Assembly: GCA_013239625.1 (NCBI GenBank) | Contig: MU054001.1 | Location: 4,876,167 to 4,940,166, forward strand | Source: Lama guanicoe | Taxonomy: Eukaryota | Direction: 5' to 3' | DNA: 64,000 nt | Shown: positions 48,291 to 60,712 of the stretch, in pieces | Layout: every line of letters starts with the position of its first letter | Position numbering within the stretch: position 1 is the stretch's first letter | Notes under the pieces: generated by a model | What the model was told of the DNA's origin: nothing | Database searches by the model: none | The model's input: only the letters and a program-made list of their open reading frames with translations | Made by a program: the position numbers and the translations under genes

Positions 48291-48479
48291 AGGGCTTGAG
48301 CCCCTTCCCAGGCTGGCCGCCGTCCCTCCCTCACTGTGGTAACGGGAGTTCATAGGGACCAAGATCTCCTAACCCAGGGCCTTCAGTACCTGGCAGGGGA
48401 TCTGTGAGCCTTTCTGGACCCTGTCAGTCACAAATCTGCAACACTGGGACGTTGGTTGTGGTGCGGATACTACAGCCCT

Positions 48480-48690
48480 GAAGCATTTTTAGTGAGTTGC
48501 CACCATTCTAAAATAAGGAGATTTCACATCCAGTTCTGAGTTTCTGTTTCTCACGGAAACATCGAGAGATCTTTCAAAGCTGGCCCACATGTCTGTTGTG
48601 CAGCTGTGGGCTGGCCCCGGGCAGCAGTGGCCCCTTTACTAAGTGGGTGTCTCACCACTCCATTGTCGCACCCCTGACCCACCACCCGCG
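48480..48690 (-). mobile_element. hAT-Charlie fragment, MER102-like
   Basis: gagttgccaccattctaaaataaggagatttcacat...gagagatctttcaaagctggcccacat. Confidence 0.5.
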
Positions 48691-49629
48691 TTTCCTCATC
48701 TGTGTCATGACTCTTACTGTCTACACAGGATGCTGTCAGAGCTGACTCTGGGGCAGGCGCTGGCCAGTGCTCCCCTTAACCGTCTTCCCTGGCAGATGGA
48801 GCACTGGGTTTTGCCTGTTCTATGACCTCAGGGCCTGTCCCTCTGTCTGTTCCCCACTGCGGCTTTTAAAGAAAATCTCAAAAATCACAGAGAAAGCGTC
48901 TCAATGAAAACCAACAGGAAGGAAACTGCCCTTTGTTCCGGGACATCCCCGCCCTTCTGGCTGGCTCTTCGGCTGCAGGCAGGAGAGAGCTGGTCCTGGC
49001 TCCATCACAGTCTCCCTCTTTGAGAGGGCTTGGGTTTTCGTGGGCGACTCTATTGTTCCGAGCCAGCCCCATTGTTACGACCACGGGGCGAGGACACCGA
49101 CAGGCTTCTGAGCCCGTTTGCGATCGTGCGAGGTAACAGCTTCATTACTCGGTGACGAGTGACCCATATTCCTAACATGATTTCCCTGCTGTAACTCAAA
49201 TTGAGTTCATGTTATTCTAATGATATCAGTTGACCTTGAGAATTAGACCAAGAAGCCTGGGGTTATTCTTCCAACTTCCACTGCAGATTCTGGTGATGTG
49301 TTTGGAAACACAATCTGCTCCTCATCGCCCTGAAGTGGGCAGGGAAAACTAGAAAACAAAGATCCTGAACTGTGCTGATTTTGAGAAAATGCATCTGGGC
49401 AATTTCAGACCGTGGGAGGCTCCCTCTCTCTCCTCTCTCGGTCCCGCTCCTGCCGCAGCGCGCAGCTGGTGTCTTCTCCGCACCCAGCTACTGCCGGCAA
49501 CAGATCCTTCCTGGGCCTCCCCTGTCCCTGCCTTTTCCCCAGGCCCTGGGTCTCCCCTACCAAGAGGAGCCCTCAGCTAGGTCCGATGGGGCCTCCTGCC
49601 CCAGCCTCTCCCTGCCCACCCACCCTGCC

Positions 49630-49960
49630 AGGTCACAGCAGGCATCCTGACATCTCTCTAACTCCCTCACTGGCTCCCCGTTGCCTGCTGGTAAAACCCA
49701 AGCTCCTTAGCCTGGCATTCAAGGCCCTTAATTCTAGCCCGTTTATACCCCCAGTCTACCCAGCCAACACTACCCTGAAGCACGTGGCACAGTACATCTA
49801 TGTGCCTGGGTAGGCACCATGTTTTTATACCCTGTGCCATTGCTCAGCCATCCTTTCCTCCTGAAACCCTCCTGATCACCTCTCTTGTCATATCTGTACA
49901 AGCCCAAATCTCACTTTGTTTGCATTTACTTGTTTGGTCCATCTTTCTGATGTTCTGACT
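49630..49960 (+). mobile_element. L2 fragment
   Basis: ctggctccccgttgcctgctggtaaaacccaagctccttagcctggcattcaaggccct. Confidence 0.65.
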
Positions 49961-50341
49961 CTGTTCTGGACCATAGGGTTAATCTGGGGAGGAAAGAGAG
50001 AGAGTCACCAAGAATACAGATGAAAAACAGCAATGAAATTCACAACATGATCAGCTTTGGAGGAAATAAATAGTGTGGTGTCTGGGGGATCCTGGGGAGG
50101 GGTCTCCTTGACTGAGGGGGCTCAGGGAAGGCCTGATAGGAGTGAGAAGGAAGCAGCTGTGCAGAAAAGGAAGGGAATGGAACCCAGGCCCAAAGCCCCA
50201 GAGAGGGAAAGGGCAAGACTCCTCTGGAAACCAACAAGGTCACTTTCCCTGTCATCCTGAGATGGGGAGGGCTCTGTGTTGAGGGTACTTGTGTCCCTAA
50301 AGGCAGGCTGGGAGGGCAGGCAAAGGGAAAGGCGAGGCGGC

Positions 50342-50512
50342 AGTGTGAAAGCCTGAACTCTGGGCTGGGCGGCTGGGTTCAAATCCACATTGGGTGGCTG
50401 TGTGATCTTGGCAAGTTGTCTAACTTCTCTGTGCCACAATTTCTTCATCTGTAAAATGAGGATGCATTATAAAGAATCAATGAGTTCACATCTGTAAAGT
50501 GCTTAGAATCTT
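50342..50512 (+). mobile_element. MIR
   Basis: gggttcaaatcc...gctgtgtgatcttggcaagttgtctaacttctctgtgccacaatttcttcatctgtaaaatgagg. Confidence 0.88.
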
Positions 50513-50974
50513 GTATGTGTGTAGTCATTCACCTGAATAGTCAAGGAATTGTCACCTATTCTATTTAGGTTTCAATTATTTTCAAATTGTAACAGAACAA
50601 AATACAGTTGGAAATCAGTAAGTTCTAGTCCTTAGAAGAGAACAGAGTGAAATAAAGCACACGGGGTGGGACCCTCAGAAAATATAAGCTGACTTACCCC
50701 TTCCTGAGTCAAGGCTGACTCTCTGGGTGGTGGGAAGGTGAGGGGGTCCTGCCTGGAATTTCCTAAACTTCTCCTCCCTCACAGGGGGAGCAAAACTATT
50801 AAGAAGAGCCCTGAAGTGTGTCCCTTTCTCAAGGGAAATGGCCAAGCCCCCATTTGGGGAGGAGAGAAGAGTGATTTCACCGGAGTTGGTGCAGACTGTG
50901 TGATGAACCAGGATACAGTGTGGCTGGAATCTCCACCCTTGTTGAGTGGGGGTGGAGGAAGAGATGCAGTTGTT

Positions 50975-51235
50975 AGGGGGAGAGATGAGAAGAGATGCTT
51001 GGAGGGAGAGCAGAACAGAGTCCAAAAGAGATAAGGAGAGATAAGTGAGGAGAGACAGGGAGAGATAGAGACACGCACAGAAACACAGGCAAAGCGATGG
51101 GGACAGAGACTGGGAGATGCGGGCAGAGGGGCAGAGAGAGACAGAGACAGGAAGAAAATGAGAACAAAAAGGCCTCGAGACACAGAAAGGAACATTCAGC
51201 AGGGAAATACTAGAGACAGAGAAAGACCAGGAGGG
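50975..51235. repeat. GA-rich low-complexity tract
   Basis: Directly visible degenerate (GA)/(GACA) sequence. Confidence 0.75.
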
Positions 51236-52044
51236 ATGGCCAAGGGTGAAAAGTCTCGACTGGGTCCCTTTGCCCCCTACCATGTGTCTGAAATAAAGTC
51301 TGCACCCCCTTCCAAGGTTGCATTTGGAAAAAGTTCCCTCTTTCGCTGCCACATCCAGCACCCCTCCCCCCGTCACGCACGTGCACATACATGTGCACCA
51401 ACACATGCGCTCACCGTATCCAGAGTCCCACTCCTGTTCCCCCCAAACCCGGAATCATTTCCCCCTGGGCTTCATGTCCTCCTCTGCACCATCTGCATTT
51501 GAAACTCTTTCGCTCGAGTCTGGAGAGCAGGTGTGGTCTCCTTCAAGAGGGTCTGCACTTCTCATTTTGTTTTAACAAACAACTTGGATGCTGGAACCTT
51601 CGTGTACGCCTTCATCGCCCCCTTTGCTGGGGTTTGCGTGCAGCTGAGGCTGGGCTGAGACTGTCCTCAGCAGGGCTCAGCTGCCACCGCCTAGATTTTT
51701 CTCCTGTTTCCGGCTCCTGGAATTATTGCGGCAGATTTAGCCTGAGGCTGGTTCCATGGGGAGCCCAGAACGTGGGGTTATCACAGTGAGGCTCGGCCAG
51801 ATAAGGTGCAAGGGAGGTTCTCTGTAAGCTGAAACCTTGGCATCGGCCCTTTCCTCCAGCTTTCTCGAGGCAGGCTTGCCTCTACTCCTCTGACATCCCC
51901 TCACCGACCCCCACCTCATCCCTGACGTTGGCTGTCACACTGGGATGCAGGGGGTGGTAGCAAAGGGCACTTTATTGGCTCTGGACTGGCCTCTGCCAGG
52001 CTCAGAAATGTCAGACGTGGGGGGAATCAGATCACAATAGTGAT

Positions 52045-52235
52045 TGCCAATATTGACGCACCCTCACTATAAGCTAAAGTCTCCATGTGCTCCATTTTAT
52101 TTAATCCTCACCACACCCCATGGGACCGGTGCCATTATTGTCCCCATTTTATAGATGCAGACACTGAGGTTCAGAAGGATGGAGTCATTTGCCCAAAGTT
52201 ACCCTGCTCTGATTCTGAAATGTGAGCTCCTAAAC
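52045..52235 (-). mobile_element. MIR
   Basis: atttaatcctcaccacacccc...attattgtccccattttatagatgcagacactgaggttcagaagg...tttgcccaaagttac. Confidence 0.88.
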
Positions 52236-52804
52236 AGTTTGTGTGACAATGATGGGATTTCTTTCTTCGGCAAACACCAGCCTGAGGGTTTGGGAGCCCA
52301 TCCTTAAAGAAGGGCACAGCCTCCAAGTGCTCCTTGTTGCATGTGCTGGGCTGTTTGTTAAAAGTGTGATTTTTCAGTGTGTTCCTGCTGCTGCCTTATT
52401 CGGTCCCCATGGAATACCCACTACTAGATCAGGATTCTCTGTCGATTTGGAAGATGGAGAGACTGAGGCCAAGAAAGGGCCACTCTCTGAGTGGAAGGAA
52501 AGGCCTGGGCCTGAACAGGTGTCCAGACCTCTGTGAGGTGGTCTTCGCTGTGTTGAGGCAGGTATGTACCCTCCCCAAACCTTTCTTTTTCTTTTTCTTT
52601 TTTTAAATCTTTTAAGAAACATGTTTCTGAGAATCTCAGCTAGATCATGCTGAGACCCGGCCTGGACAGCCAGGCCAGCTGTGGGCCTCCATGGTAGGGG
52701 GTGGAGGTTGCAGCAGCTGGCTTCTGTATTTGAGTTGAACTTGAACTCATTTCTTCTTCCTGGCATGAAGGTAGGGAATGTGTATACCTTGTTCAACAAA
52801 TTCT

Positions 52805-53120
52805 CTGCTCAGGGCTTTGCCCTTTGCTGGAATCTGACCCCCCACCCACCACTCCTCCAGCCTCTCCTAGTTCACTCTAACTTGCCTTTGGTGCCTCAGG
52901 TGAAAATGACTCCTTTCCCAGGCTATGATCTACACCACATTCCCATAATAAGCTCCCTTATCATCCTCATCTTTCCCTTCATACTCTTCTGAGTGTTAAA
53001 TGATACGTGTGTGTGATCATTGGTTCGATACCTGGCTCTCCTGCCAACAGATAGCCCCGTGAGGTCAGGGGCCACACTGTGTCCTCACTGCGGAGAGCCT
53101 GCACTGGGCCTGGCCTGTGA
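52805..53120 (+). mobile_element. L2 fragment
   Basis: ctcagggctttgccctttgctggaat...gccccgtgaggtcaggggcc...gagcctgcactgggcctggc. Confidence 0.55.
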
Positions 53121-53379
53121 GGACTCATCGGGCAAAGGAACTACAGTCCTTCCGGCAAGAACTGTGCCAGCAATGAGTGGAGGAGGGTGTCACAAGAGTC
53201 GGGGAGGCATAAATGGGGAGCTATGTGTTGGAACCCCATGGGGGATGGTGAGTGCAGGGACATCTGCAGGTTTGGAAAGATGGCACCATAGAGTTCTAGC
53301 TATGGTGCTATTCTTAAGGAAGAAAATAAAAATATTTGCTGAACCAACTGTACATTCAGTCTGCCTTCTGTTTCTTCCT

Positions 53380-53993
53380 ATCTAGATCTCCTGGGGCCAC
53401 ACTCAACCCTGGTCTAGACCCACCATGTTCTACTTCTACAAAGCCTTGGTTAAAGAAACCCTGCAATCCTGTCCTATGTCTCCTTGAATAAAATCCAGGT
53501 CCTCCCCATGCCTGGAAGATCCTCTTATATCTGTCCCTGCCCTCACTGACCCCACCTCTAGCTCATTTAAGTCACTTTAGCCAAAGAAGCCTGTTTTCTA
53601 TTCTCAGACATGCAAGGCTTGTTCCTGCCTCAGGGCCTATGCACATGCTGTTCCTTCTGCCCCTCCCTACCATCTTTGCTTGGCTGCTCCTTCTTATTAT
53701 TATCTCAGCTTACATTTTACTTTCTCTGAGGGGCCTTCTCTGACCACCCAAGGTAGAGTCTACATTACTCTCACCACACATCCCTCAACCTGTCTCCCCA
53801 TTTATTGCATGTGCTACTTTCTGAGACTTGGCTTATTTCCTTGTCTGTGCCTGTCTTCTCCCATGAGAATGTGAACACCATGCAGGCCAGGTTTCATCTG
53901 TGCTGCTTGCTGCTGTAGACTCGGAACCTAAAAAGTTGTCTGGCACTTGGTAGGGGCTCCAAGAACATTTGTAAGATAAGAATAAATGAACGA
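53380..53993 (+). mobile_element. L2 3' portion
   Basis: cctgcctcagggcctatgcacatgctgttccttctgcc...gagggccttctctgaccaccc...tctggcacttggtagggg...gaataaatgaa. Confidence 0.8.
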
Positions 53994-55874
53994 ACAAGGT
54001 CTGATTTTAAAGGGGTCATGTAAGATTTGTCAAGGTGGGGAGAAGGTTTGGCCTCAGGCAGGATGCACCACGAGGTGAATTTCACCATTATCCACTCCTG
54101 GGTGGGGACCTGAAGTCCCTCGTTGAGCTTCCCTTGTCAGCTGTGAGAGATGGGCCCCTCAGGAGAAGGTGGTCAGGGGCTACCAGTCATTTAGCTCAAC
54201 CATCCAGTGCCCACGTGGGCCAGGCATGGCTGGACGTCCAGGTTGTGGGTTCCACTGGATGGCTGCTTGTCGAGTTTCCCAGAGAGGAGCCCTTTGGGGG
54301 CCCTGGTGCTCAGCAGCCTATTGCCAGCCCCCTCCCTGAGGTAACCAGTGCAACTGCTTAAGAAAGCCCCCTCACGAGGGCTCTGGAGCCCCAAATGGGC
54401 CATGAACCTGGGCTCAAGAAGTCCTCAGCCTTGCAAGCTCTAGACACTGAAAATAGCCACCCAATGGGCCATGAGCATCTGCTGATGGCGAGGTCCTGCT
54501 GGGGTGCAAAGATGGGGGCCTTGAGCCCTCCCTTGAGAAGCAGGTAAAAAAACAACATGACAAAAAAATATATCCACATAGACAAATGTCTTTACAGAAA
54601 AAAAAAAAAAGACTGGAGGGGAAGACATCAAGATGTCCACAGTGACAGGTGACCTGCAGATTATCCAGCAAACAGGTGTAGTTTAGGCTCTCTGAAGAAG
54701 GTTTGCTTGTTTTAATACAGCACAGCCTGTGGCAGGGGAAGTGCATGTCCCCTCCTATAAGCCTGGCCACACCAAGGTGCCAAGGGTTCAAGGGAGGGGG
54801 ACTTGGTCAGTTGCAGGCCCCAAGAAGGCTTCGAGGGGAGGTGGGGCGTGAGGTGGGTTTGGGAGGAGGAGGAGCTGTAGGAAGCATCAGGAGCGCAGAG
54901 AGCAGAGCCATGGAGCCTGTGTCTGTGTCTGGGCTCGAGTACACGCCCGGCTGGTCAGAGCGAGGGGCTGGGGCCACGCGAGGCTGGGCTGGATGTTTTC
55001 TGTTGTCTGCGCATCAGCCAAGTTTTTATTTGCTTTGTTTCCCACTGAATGGTGAGCTCCCTGGGGAGAGAACCTGGTTTTATTTGACAGAGTATCCTTA
55101 GTGCAAGACCCAGAGTAAGTCACTGAATGAGAAATAACAGCAAAAATAGCTGAGTCCAGTCGAAGAGTTGGTTAGCACCTGGTCACTGACTGAGACCAAC
55201 TGGGTCAACCATGTCCCCACCCAGCTGTGAAGGGGGCACAGTCTGAGTGCCAGGGGCTGGCGCTGGGCGGTCCGATACCTGGTTTGATGGAGCTGATCGG
55301 ATATGTTGGCATCCAGTCCAGGTCGTCCTCATGATGCCACAACCATCTATCACTTCAGCTGAGAAAGAAACATAGTGGCCAAGTCCATTTACAGTGTGGT
55401 GTAGACTGAACACCTGGTCACCGGTTTCCCCTTTGCCTGTTGGTTGTGCGGGGTGTTACACACACACACAGTCCAGGTGAGGCAAGGGCAACCTGCCACT
55501 GCCTTTTCTCCAGTGGGAATGGAGAGCGGAAGTTCTCCTCGGACAACCTCGATGGGACCGCAAGGTACCGCTGGGTACTTCTGACTCCTTCCTGGGAATT
55601 CTCCCTGCACCATCCATCCATAACAATGGCCCACCTTACAGGTCAGGAGCCAAGGGTCAGAGAGGTTAACTATATGATGGTGTGGCCTAGCTCAGACTTG
55701 TAGATGGTTCTTCTGACTCCAAATCCTTCCATCACAACCCATGTCTTGGGGTGCCATATTTTTGAATAATCTGGTTAGATATTAGGCACAAGCACTGGGG
55801 CAAATTACACCTACATAATCAGTCAGTCAATCCCTGACTCAAGTCCTCAGGTGTTTTCTTTGCTCATACGTGCG

Positions 55875-56065
55875 CACAGTGAAGTGACTGAGAGCGAGCC
55901 CTCTAAAGGCAGATCACTCAGTTCAGACACTTACAAGCTGTGTGGCCTGGGGAAATTTACCTAACCTCCCTGTGCTTTCCTATCCTAACATGTAGAAGGG
56001 GGCTCATCACTGGATTGTTTTCAGGATTGAGCGACATAAGCCATGTAGTGTTGCCCACAAAATGG
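55875..56065 (+). mobile_element. MIR
   Basis: cacttacaagctgtgtggcctggggaaatttacctaacctccctgtgc...gattgttttcaggattgagcga. Confidence 0.75.
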
Positions 56066-57556
56066 ACAGAATACACGTGGCTCTAACTTGGAGCCCGTCA
56101 CCATGCACACCTGGGGGATGCAGCACCCGGGCACCTGCCCACAAGGAACCCACCATCAAGCAGGAAGGGGGACTCACACATGTGACCAGTCTTCTCCTGC
56201 TGTTTCTGTGTGTGGTCATGGGTGCCTGTGCTCATGTAGCTGAGAATTCTCACAGGTATTGTGTCATAGTGATTATGAAGTAATTTGGGATGCTGTGAGA
56301 TGCTCACCAACCCGCAGGAACCATGACCTGAATTATGGAAAGAATGGTAAGTAGAGATGGAAGCCTGGTTCATAGACTGGTTGAAAATCAGACTTTGTAG
56401 AAAATGGTTATTTTTTAATACACTCACTCAGACATACATTTAATAAGCTCCATGTGATAGTTGTCATGTGGCAGACACATTGGAAATGCCAGGACAGCAG
56501 GGGATGCTCATGATCTGAAAGCAGAGGATATTAGGCATTTAAGTAGCCTTCAGTGGGGTGAGTGCAATGTTGGAGGTTTGCATGGGAAACTTGGGGGATG
56601 GGCGTCCAATCCACCAGTGTGTGCTAGTGGCAGTGGTGGTGATGGCAATGGAGGGCTTCCTGGAGGAGATGATATATGATCTGAGTTTTAAAAAGCAGGT
56701 AGGACTTACCCAAGTCACAAGTGGGAGGGTGTTGGTCAAAAACAGTCCAGACAGAGGGACAGCAAAAGTGGAGGCATTGAGACAATGGGATAAAGGTCCC
56801 AGCATGTGCAGTTGTGAGTGAGGGTGAAGTGAGTCGGAGGGACTTCATGGGTCTTGGTGAGGAGTTTGGATGATGTCATGGGCCATGGGGAACCTTGTCA
56901 AGTATAAGCAGAGTGATCTGGCCAGATGTGTATTTTTGATGGTTCTCACACCATTGCCTTTTGGAGCTCTGGTCTGGGCTGGGTGGCAGAAGGTGGGAGT
57001 GGGGAAACAGGACTGAAAGGAACAGTAAAATTTATCAGAGTCTGTGGCTAACATCAGGAAGAGTGGCTGGTGTCTAGAACCAAAGATGTGGCAGTAAAAC
57101 AAATACGGGAGGAGGGGATGGATTTGGGACATCAAATGTGCCAGTATGATGTTCAGTTGCTTGGATGTACCAAAGAAGAGTGAGAAGTCAAGGACAATTT
57201 AGGGATTAAATGGACAAAGGAGCCACCAATGGAAATCTCAAGTGTGAAGAAGGCATAGGTTTAGGGGTTCCTGTGAAACATCCAGTGGGATATATGCAGC
57301 AGACAACAAACCTATGAGACTGAAGCTTGTAGGGGGTAGATCTGGACTGATCATATGGACCCAGAGACTTTGGAGAGAGAGTGAAACCAGGGAGCCTGGA
57401 GAGTGAGACAAACTGTAGACCAAACCCAGAACTGTAGGGCCCCAATGTTTTTAGGGTGGGCAGAAGAAGGGCGGAAAAGAGGCTAGGAAGGAGGAGCAGC
57501 AAGTGTGGTAGGTGGGAAACAAAAAGATTGTTGTGCTGTGGATGTCAAGGGAATTC

Positions 57557-57968
57557 TGTATTAGTCAGGATGTGCTGTATTATGCTGCAGTAACAAACAA
57601 TTAGTCAGGATGTGCTGTATTATGCTGCAGTAACAAACAAGCCCCAAATCTTAGTGGTTTGCCAAAACAGAGATTTATAGGATAGGCTAAACAACCATAT
57701 CAGGTCAGCCACTGCCCTCTGCCAGGACCAGGGTATGGTACAGCCAGTCCCTGCAACCTTACCAGTCTCGAGGCAGAGATAAAAGGGGACGTTGCAACCA
57801 TGCACTGCCCCTTGAAGCCTTCACTCCAAAGAGACAGATATCAGTCCTGCTCACATTTCATTGACCAAAGTCAGTCCCAGGCCAACCCAGAGTTCAACAC
57901 GGGAGGGATGTATAATCCTCCTCAGAATGAAGGCACAGATACCCTGAACAATGCTACACTTGACCACA
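57557..57968 (-). mobile_element. MaLR solo LTR (MLT1J-like) with an internal 40-bp tandem duplication
   Basis: tgtattagtcagga...tatgctgcagtaacaaaca...ctcacatttcattgaccaaag...gaccaca. Confidence 0.75.
57561..57640. repeat. Perfect 40-bp tandem duplication
   Basis: ttagtcaggatgtgctgtattatgctgcagtaacaaacaa appears identically at 57561-57600 and 57601-57640. Confidence 0.97.
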
Positions 57969-58291
57969 GATAGAGAATTTTGAGAAGAAAGGAAAGATCC
58001 ACTGCATAAAACACAGTCAAAAGAGCCAGGATGATAGACCTGAGAGCACTGTCCAGATGTGGCAACCAGTGGATCTCCACTGTCCTCACCGACACAGGCT
58101 GCGTAGGGTGCTGTCCCTACCACTGTGGGAACAGGCAAGCTGCCAGGGCAAAGGCAGCAAGTGTCAACTGCTCTTTTGAGAAGTTTCCAATGTGAAGAAG
58201 GGTAGTGGCTGGAAAGAAATGCTGAACAAAGGAGAGGGGTTTCACTGATTCTCCTGCTTTTTTGTATTTTCTCTCAAACTGGATGCATACA

Positions 58292-58801
58292 TGTGGCAGA
58301 ACATAAAAGTGGCCAAAATTCTTCCCCATTTCATATTTATACCCATTTAAAATTTCATTTCCATGCCCATCTTGTAGCTCTTCCCACAAGGAGAGTCTTT
58401 CTCCATCTCTTGAACTGACTGGCCCTGTAACCTGGTGTCATCAGTGGGACAAGTGTACACCTACACAAGGGCTTGAATAGGTGCCTTTTCTCTTCCTGCT
58501 CTTGGAACCCAGAGATGCCTGGCCTTAGCCTGCTGGGCGATGAAAGCTCTGTAGACCAGCTGCCCCCTTCCTACTCCCTGGTGCTCAAGTCAAGAGCCAG
58601 TTAACCTCCAGGAGCTGAGCCACGCAGCGGACCAGCAGCTGACCACAAACACATGATGGAGCTCAGCCAAGATCAGAAGACCCGCCCAGCTGAGTCCAGG
58701 CCAGAAGTGCCAACTTACAGAAACAAGGACTAAATAAATGGGCATTTTTAGCCACTAAGTCTTGGGGTGGTTTGTTATGCAGAAAAAGCTAAGTGATAAT
58801 A
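58292..58801 (+). mobile_element. MaLR solo LTR (MLT1G/H-like)
   Basis: tgtggcaga...cagccaagatcagaagacccgcccagctgag...tttagccactaagtcttggggtggtttgttatgcag...gataata. Confidence 0.8.
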
Positions 58802-59034
58802 CTGTATGTGATTGAGAGTCCAGTGATGAGCTGTCTATTTGTAGGTTTGTATCAGAGGCCTGAGTTCATGAGCTTTCCTTTTGGGACATTTATGATTGTA
58901 ACTACTTTAGGATAGGAAGTATGTGTTATTTGATTTTTTTTTTTAGCCCCTGAGTTGGGACTTGGCACATAGTAGGCACTTGTAAGTGTCTGCAGAAAAA
59001 ATCGACTAAGTGGATTCCTTTTACGCACACACAC

Positions 59035-59235
59035 CACCAGACTATGGGCTTTGGGTGATAAGGATGTGTCAGTGTAGGTTCGACGACTGTAACAAATGTA
59101 CCAGTCTGGTGTGGGCCATGGACAGTTGGGGAGGTTGTGCATGTGTCGGGCAGGGGGCATATGAGAACTCTTTATACTCAGCTGAGTTTTGCTGGGAACC
59201 TAAAGCTGCTCTAAAAAATAAAGTTTATTAACTAA
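59035..59235 (+). mobile_element. L1MC-like 3' end
   Basis: actatgggctttgggtgataaggatgtgtcagtgtaggttc...gaacctaaagctgctctaaaaaataaagtttatt. Confidence 0.85.
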
Positions 59236-59679
59236 ACACACACACACATCACCAGAGCTTCCAGCTGGGTGTTGGGAGCTGCATGAGGTAAGCAATTGTT
59301 AGGCTCCACATTGTTTACAGGTAAAGACAGGACCAGACCCAGGTCTTCTGCCCCAGTGCAGAGTCCTGGTCAACCTCTGTCTCAATCTTTATATTTAACT
59401 TCCATCCAGTCCTCTCTGCAAGGGGACCAAGGTGGCAGGCACTCACAGTGAAGAGATGATGAATAAGAGTATTGTATCTTCTCTTCCGTCTCGTCAAAAC
59501 CCACAATATTGCTTTCCATAAGTCATTTTCACTCGAGCACTCTATTTGGGGTGTGCGTGCCTGTATGAACTTGGCCTTTGATTTGGTCTCTGGACCGCCT
59601 GTACGAGCAGCCTCGCTCTCAGAGACCCTTCAGAGCAGGGACGTTCTGATGGTAAGTGGGAGGCTGCCTAACTTGGGCG

Positions 59680-60000
59680 GCTTCTTGTCAACTTCATTGC
59701 TTTTACATTAAAATAATCATTTCAGCTGGGGCAGTGGGGGCTGAATGTTAGCCGCATAATTGCACCCACCTTTTAGACCTCTTCTCCAAGATTGATTTCT
59801 TTCTTAGCATAATACACGCCAGCGTCTGTAAAAGCAGAAAGCAGCAGCTCTCTTAACCGGAGCAGCAAAGCCAATTGATGCGTTTCTCCTGTTAAATTTA
59901 CTGGCTTTATTGAAAGGTCTTTGGGGAGTTGCTTGCTCATTAAATACACCAAATACAAAATCTCTCTTAATACAGTATTATCTAGGTAATATAGAAGACT
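59680..60000. promoter_or_regulatory. Candidate conserved non-coding element
   Basis: Repeat-free AT-rich block with gcataattgc (59754), attgat (59791), ccaattgat (59871), tcattaa (59937). Confidence 0.45.
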
Positions 60001-60652
60001 TCCCTAGTGTCAGCTCAGAGAGATGGAATTGTCAAAGCTTTTCAGAGGCCACCTCATAAAGGCTGCACTTCTCCTTAGCAGCTACGGTGCATCTCAGAGA
60101 TTCAGGGCGTCTTACTCTGCCCACTTGAGTCCAGTCCGTCAGCCTCAAACTGCCTCGCCCCATTCCCATCGTGGTCCAGGCCAAAGTGTGGCAACAGCTA
60201 CAGTAGCTGCCAGAATTGTAGAAAATGTAACGTCAGGTCTCCTCAATGATTATTAGAATTGAGGAGTAGGAAGTGACTTAGAAACAGCCATCTTTTAGCC
60301 AGGTGTGGGCTCTGGCTTCAGGTAGTGGTGGGAGGATTCATTTGGTGGTGGGAGTGAGGAAGAGGACAGTGGTTGGCTTGTCCCACCCCAGGTGTTCTGG
60401 GACCCCAAGCCTAGTGAGAACGTGGGGCATCATGCCCTGCGTTAGACCCTGGCTGCAGCCAGCTGAATTCTGCTTCCAGTGGGATCTGGTGGGGGTGCCA
60501 GCGGGACTGCACCCCCTTCCTGGGTGGAGCGCTGGACCCGGAGGGGCCCTTACTTGATGCGTCAGTTCCTAAGTTCTGATTGTCAGTTTCTCTCTGAGTA
60601 AAATCAGGTTAAAAATGCCTTTCCCTCTTTACGGGTTTGGTTCCAAAAAAAA

Positions 60653-60712
60653 NNNNNNNNNNNNNNNNNNNNNNNNNNNNNNNNNNNNNNNNNNNNNNNN
60701 NNNNNNNNNNNN
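60653..60712. other. Assembly gap (60 N) at a poly(A) tract
   Basis: Run of n flanked by ttccaaaaaaaa on the left and ttttcc plus 26 A on the right. Confidence 0.99.

Larger units (their letters stand above)
56420..58210 (-). mobile_element. Long L2 fragment, interrupted by the MLT1 LTR at 57557-57968
   Basis: gagggcttcctggaggagatgat...gagaagtcaaggacaatt...gtgaaacatccagtggga; resumes after 57968 (...ctgctcttttgagaagttt). Confidence 0.75.

Noticed and set aside
50675..51406. 243-aa minus-strand ORF
   Set aside because: Largely the antisense of a GA-rich low-complexity tract.
57561..57640. Direct repeat of CRISPR-like length
   Set aside because: Only two abutting copies with no spacer, inside a mammalian LTR.
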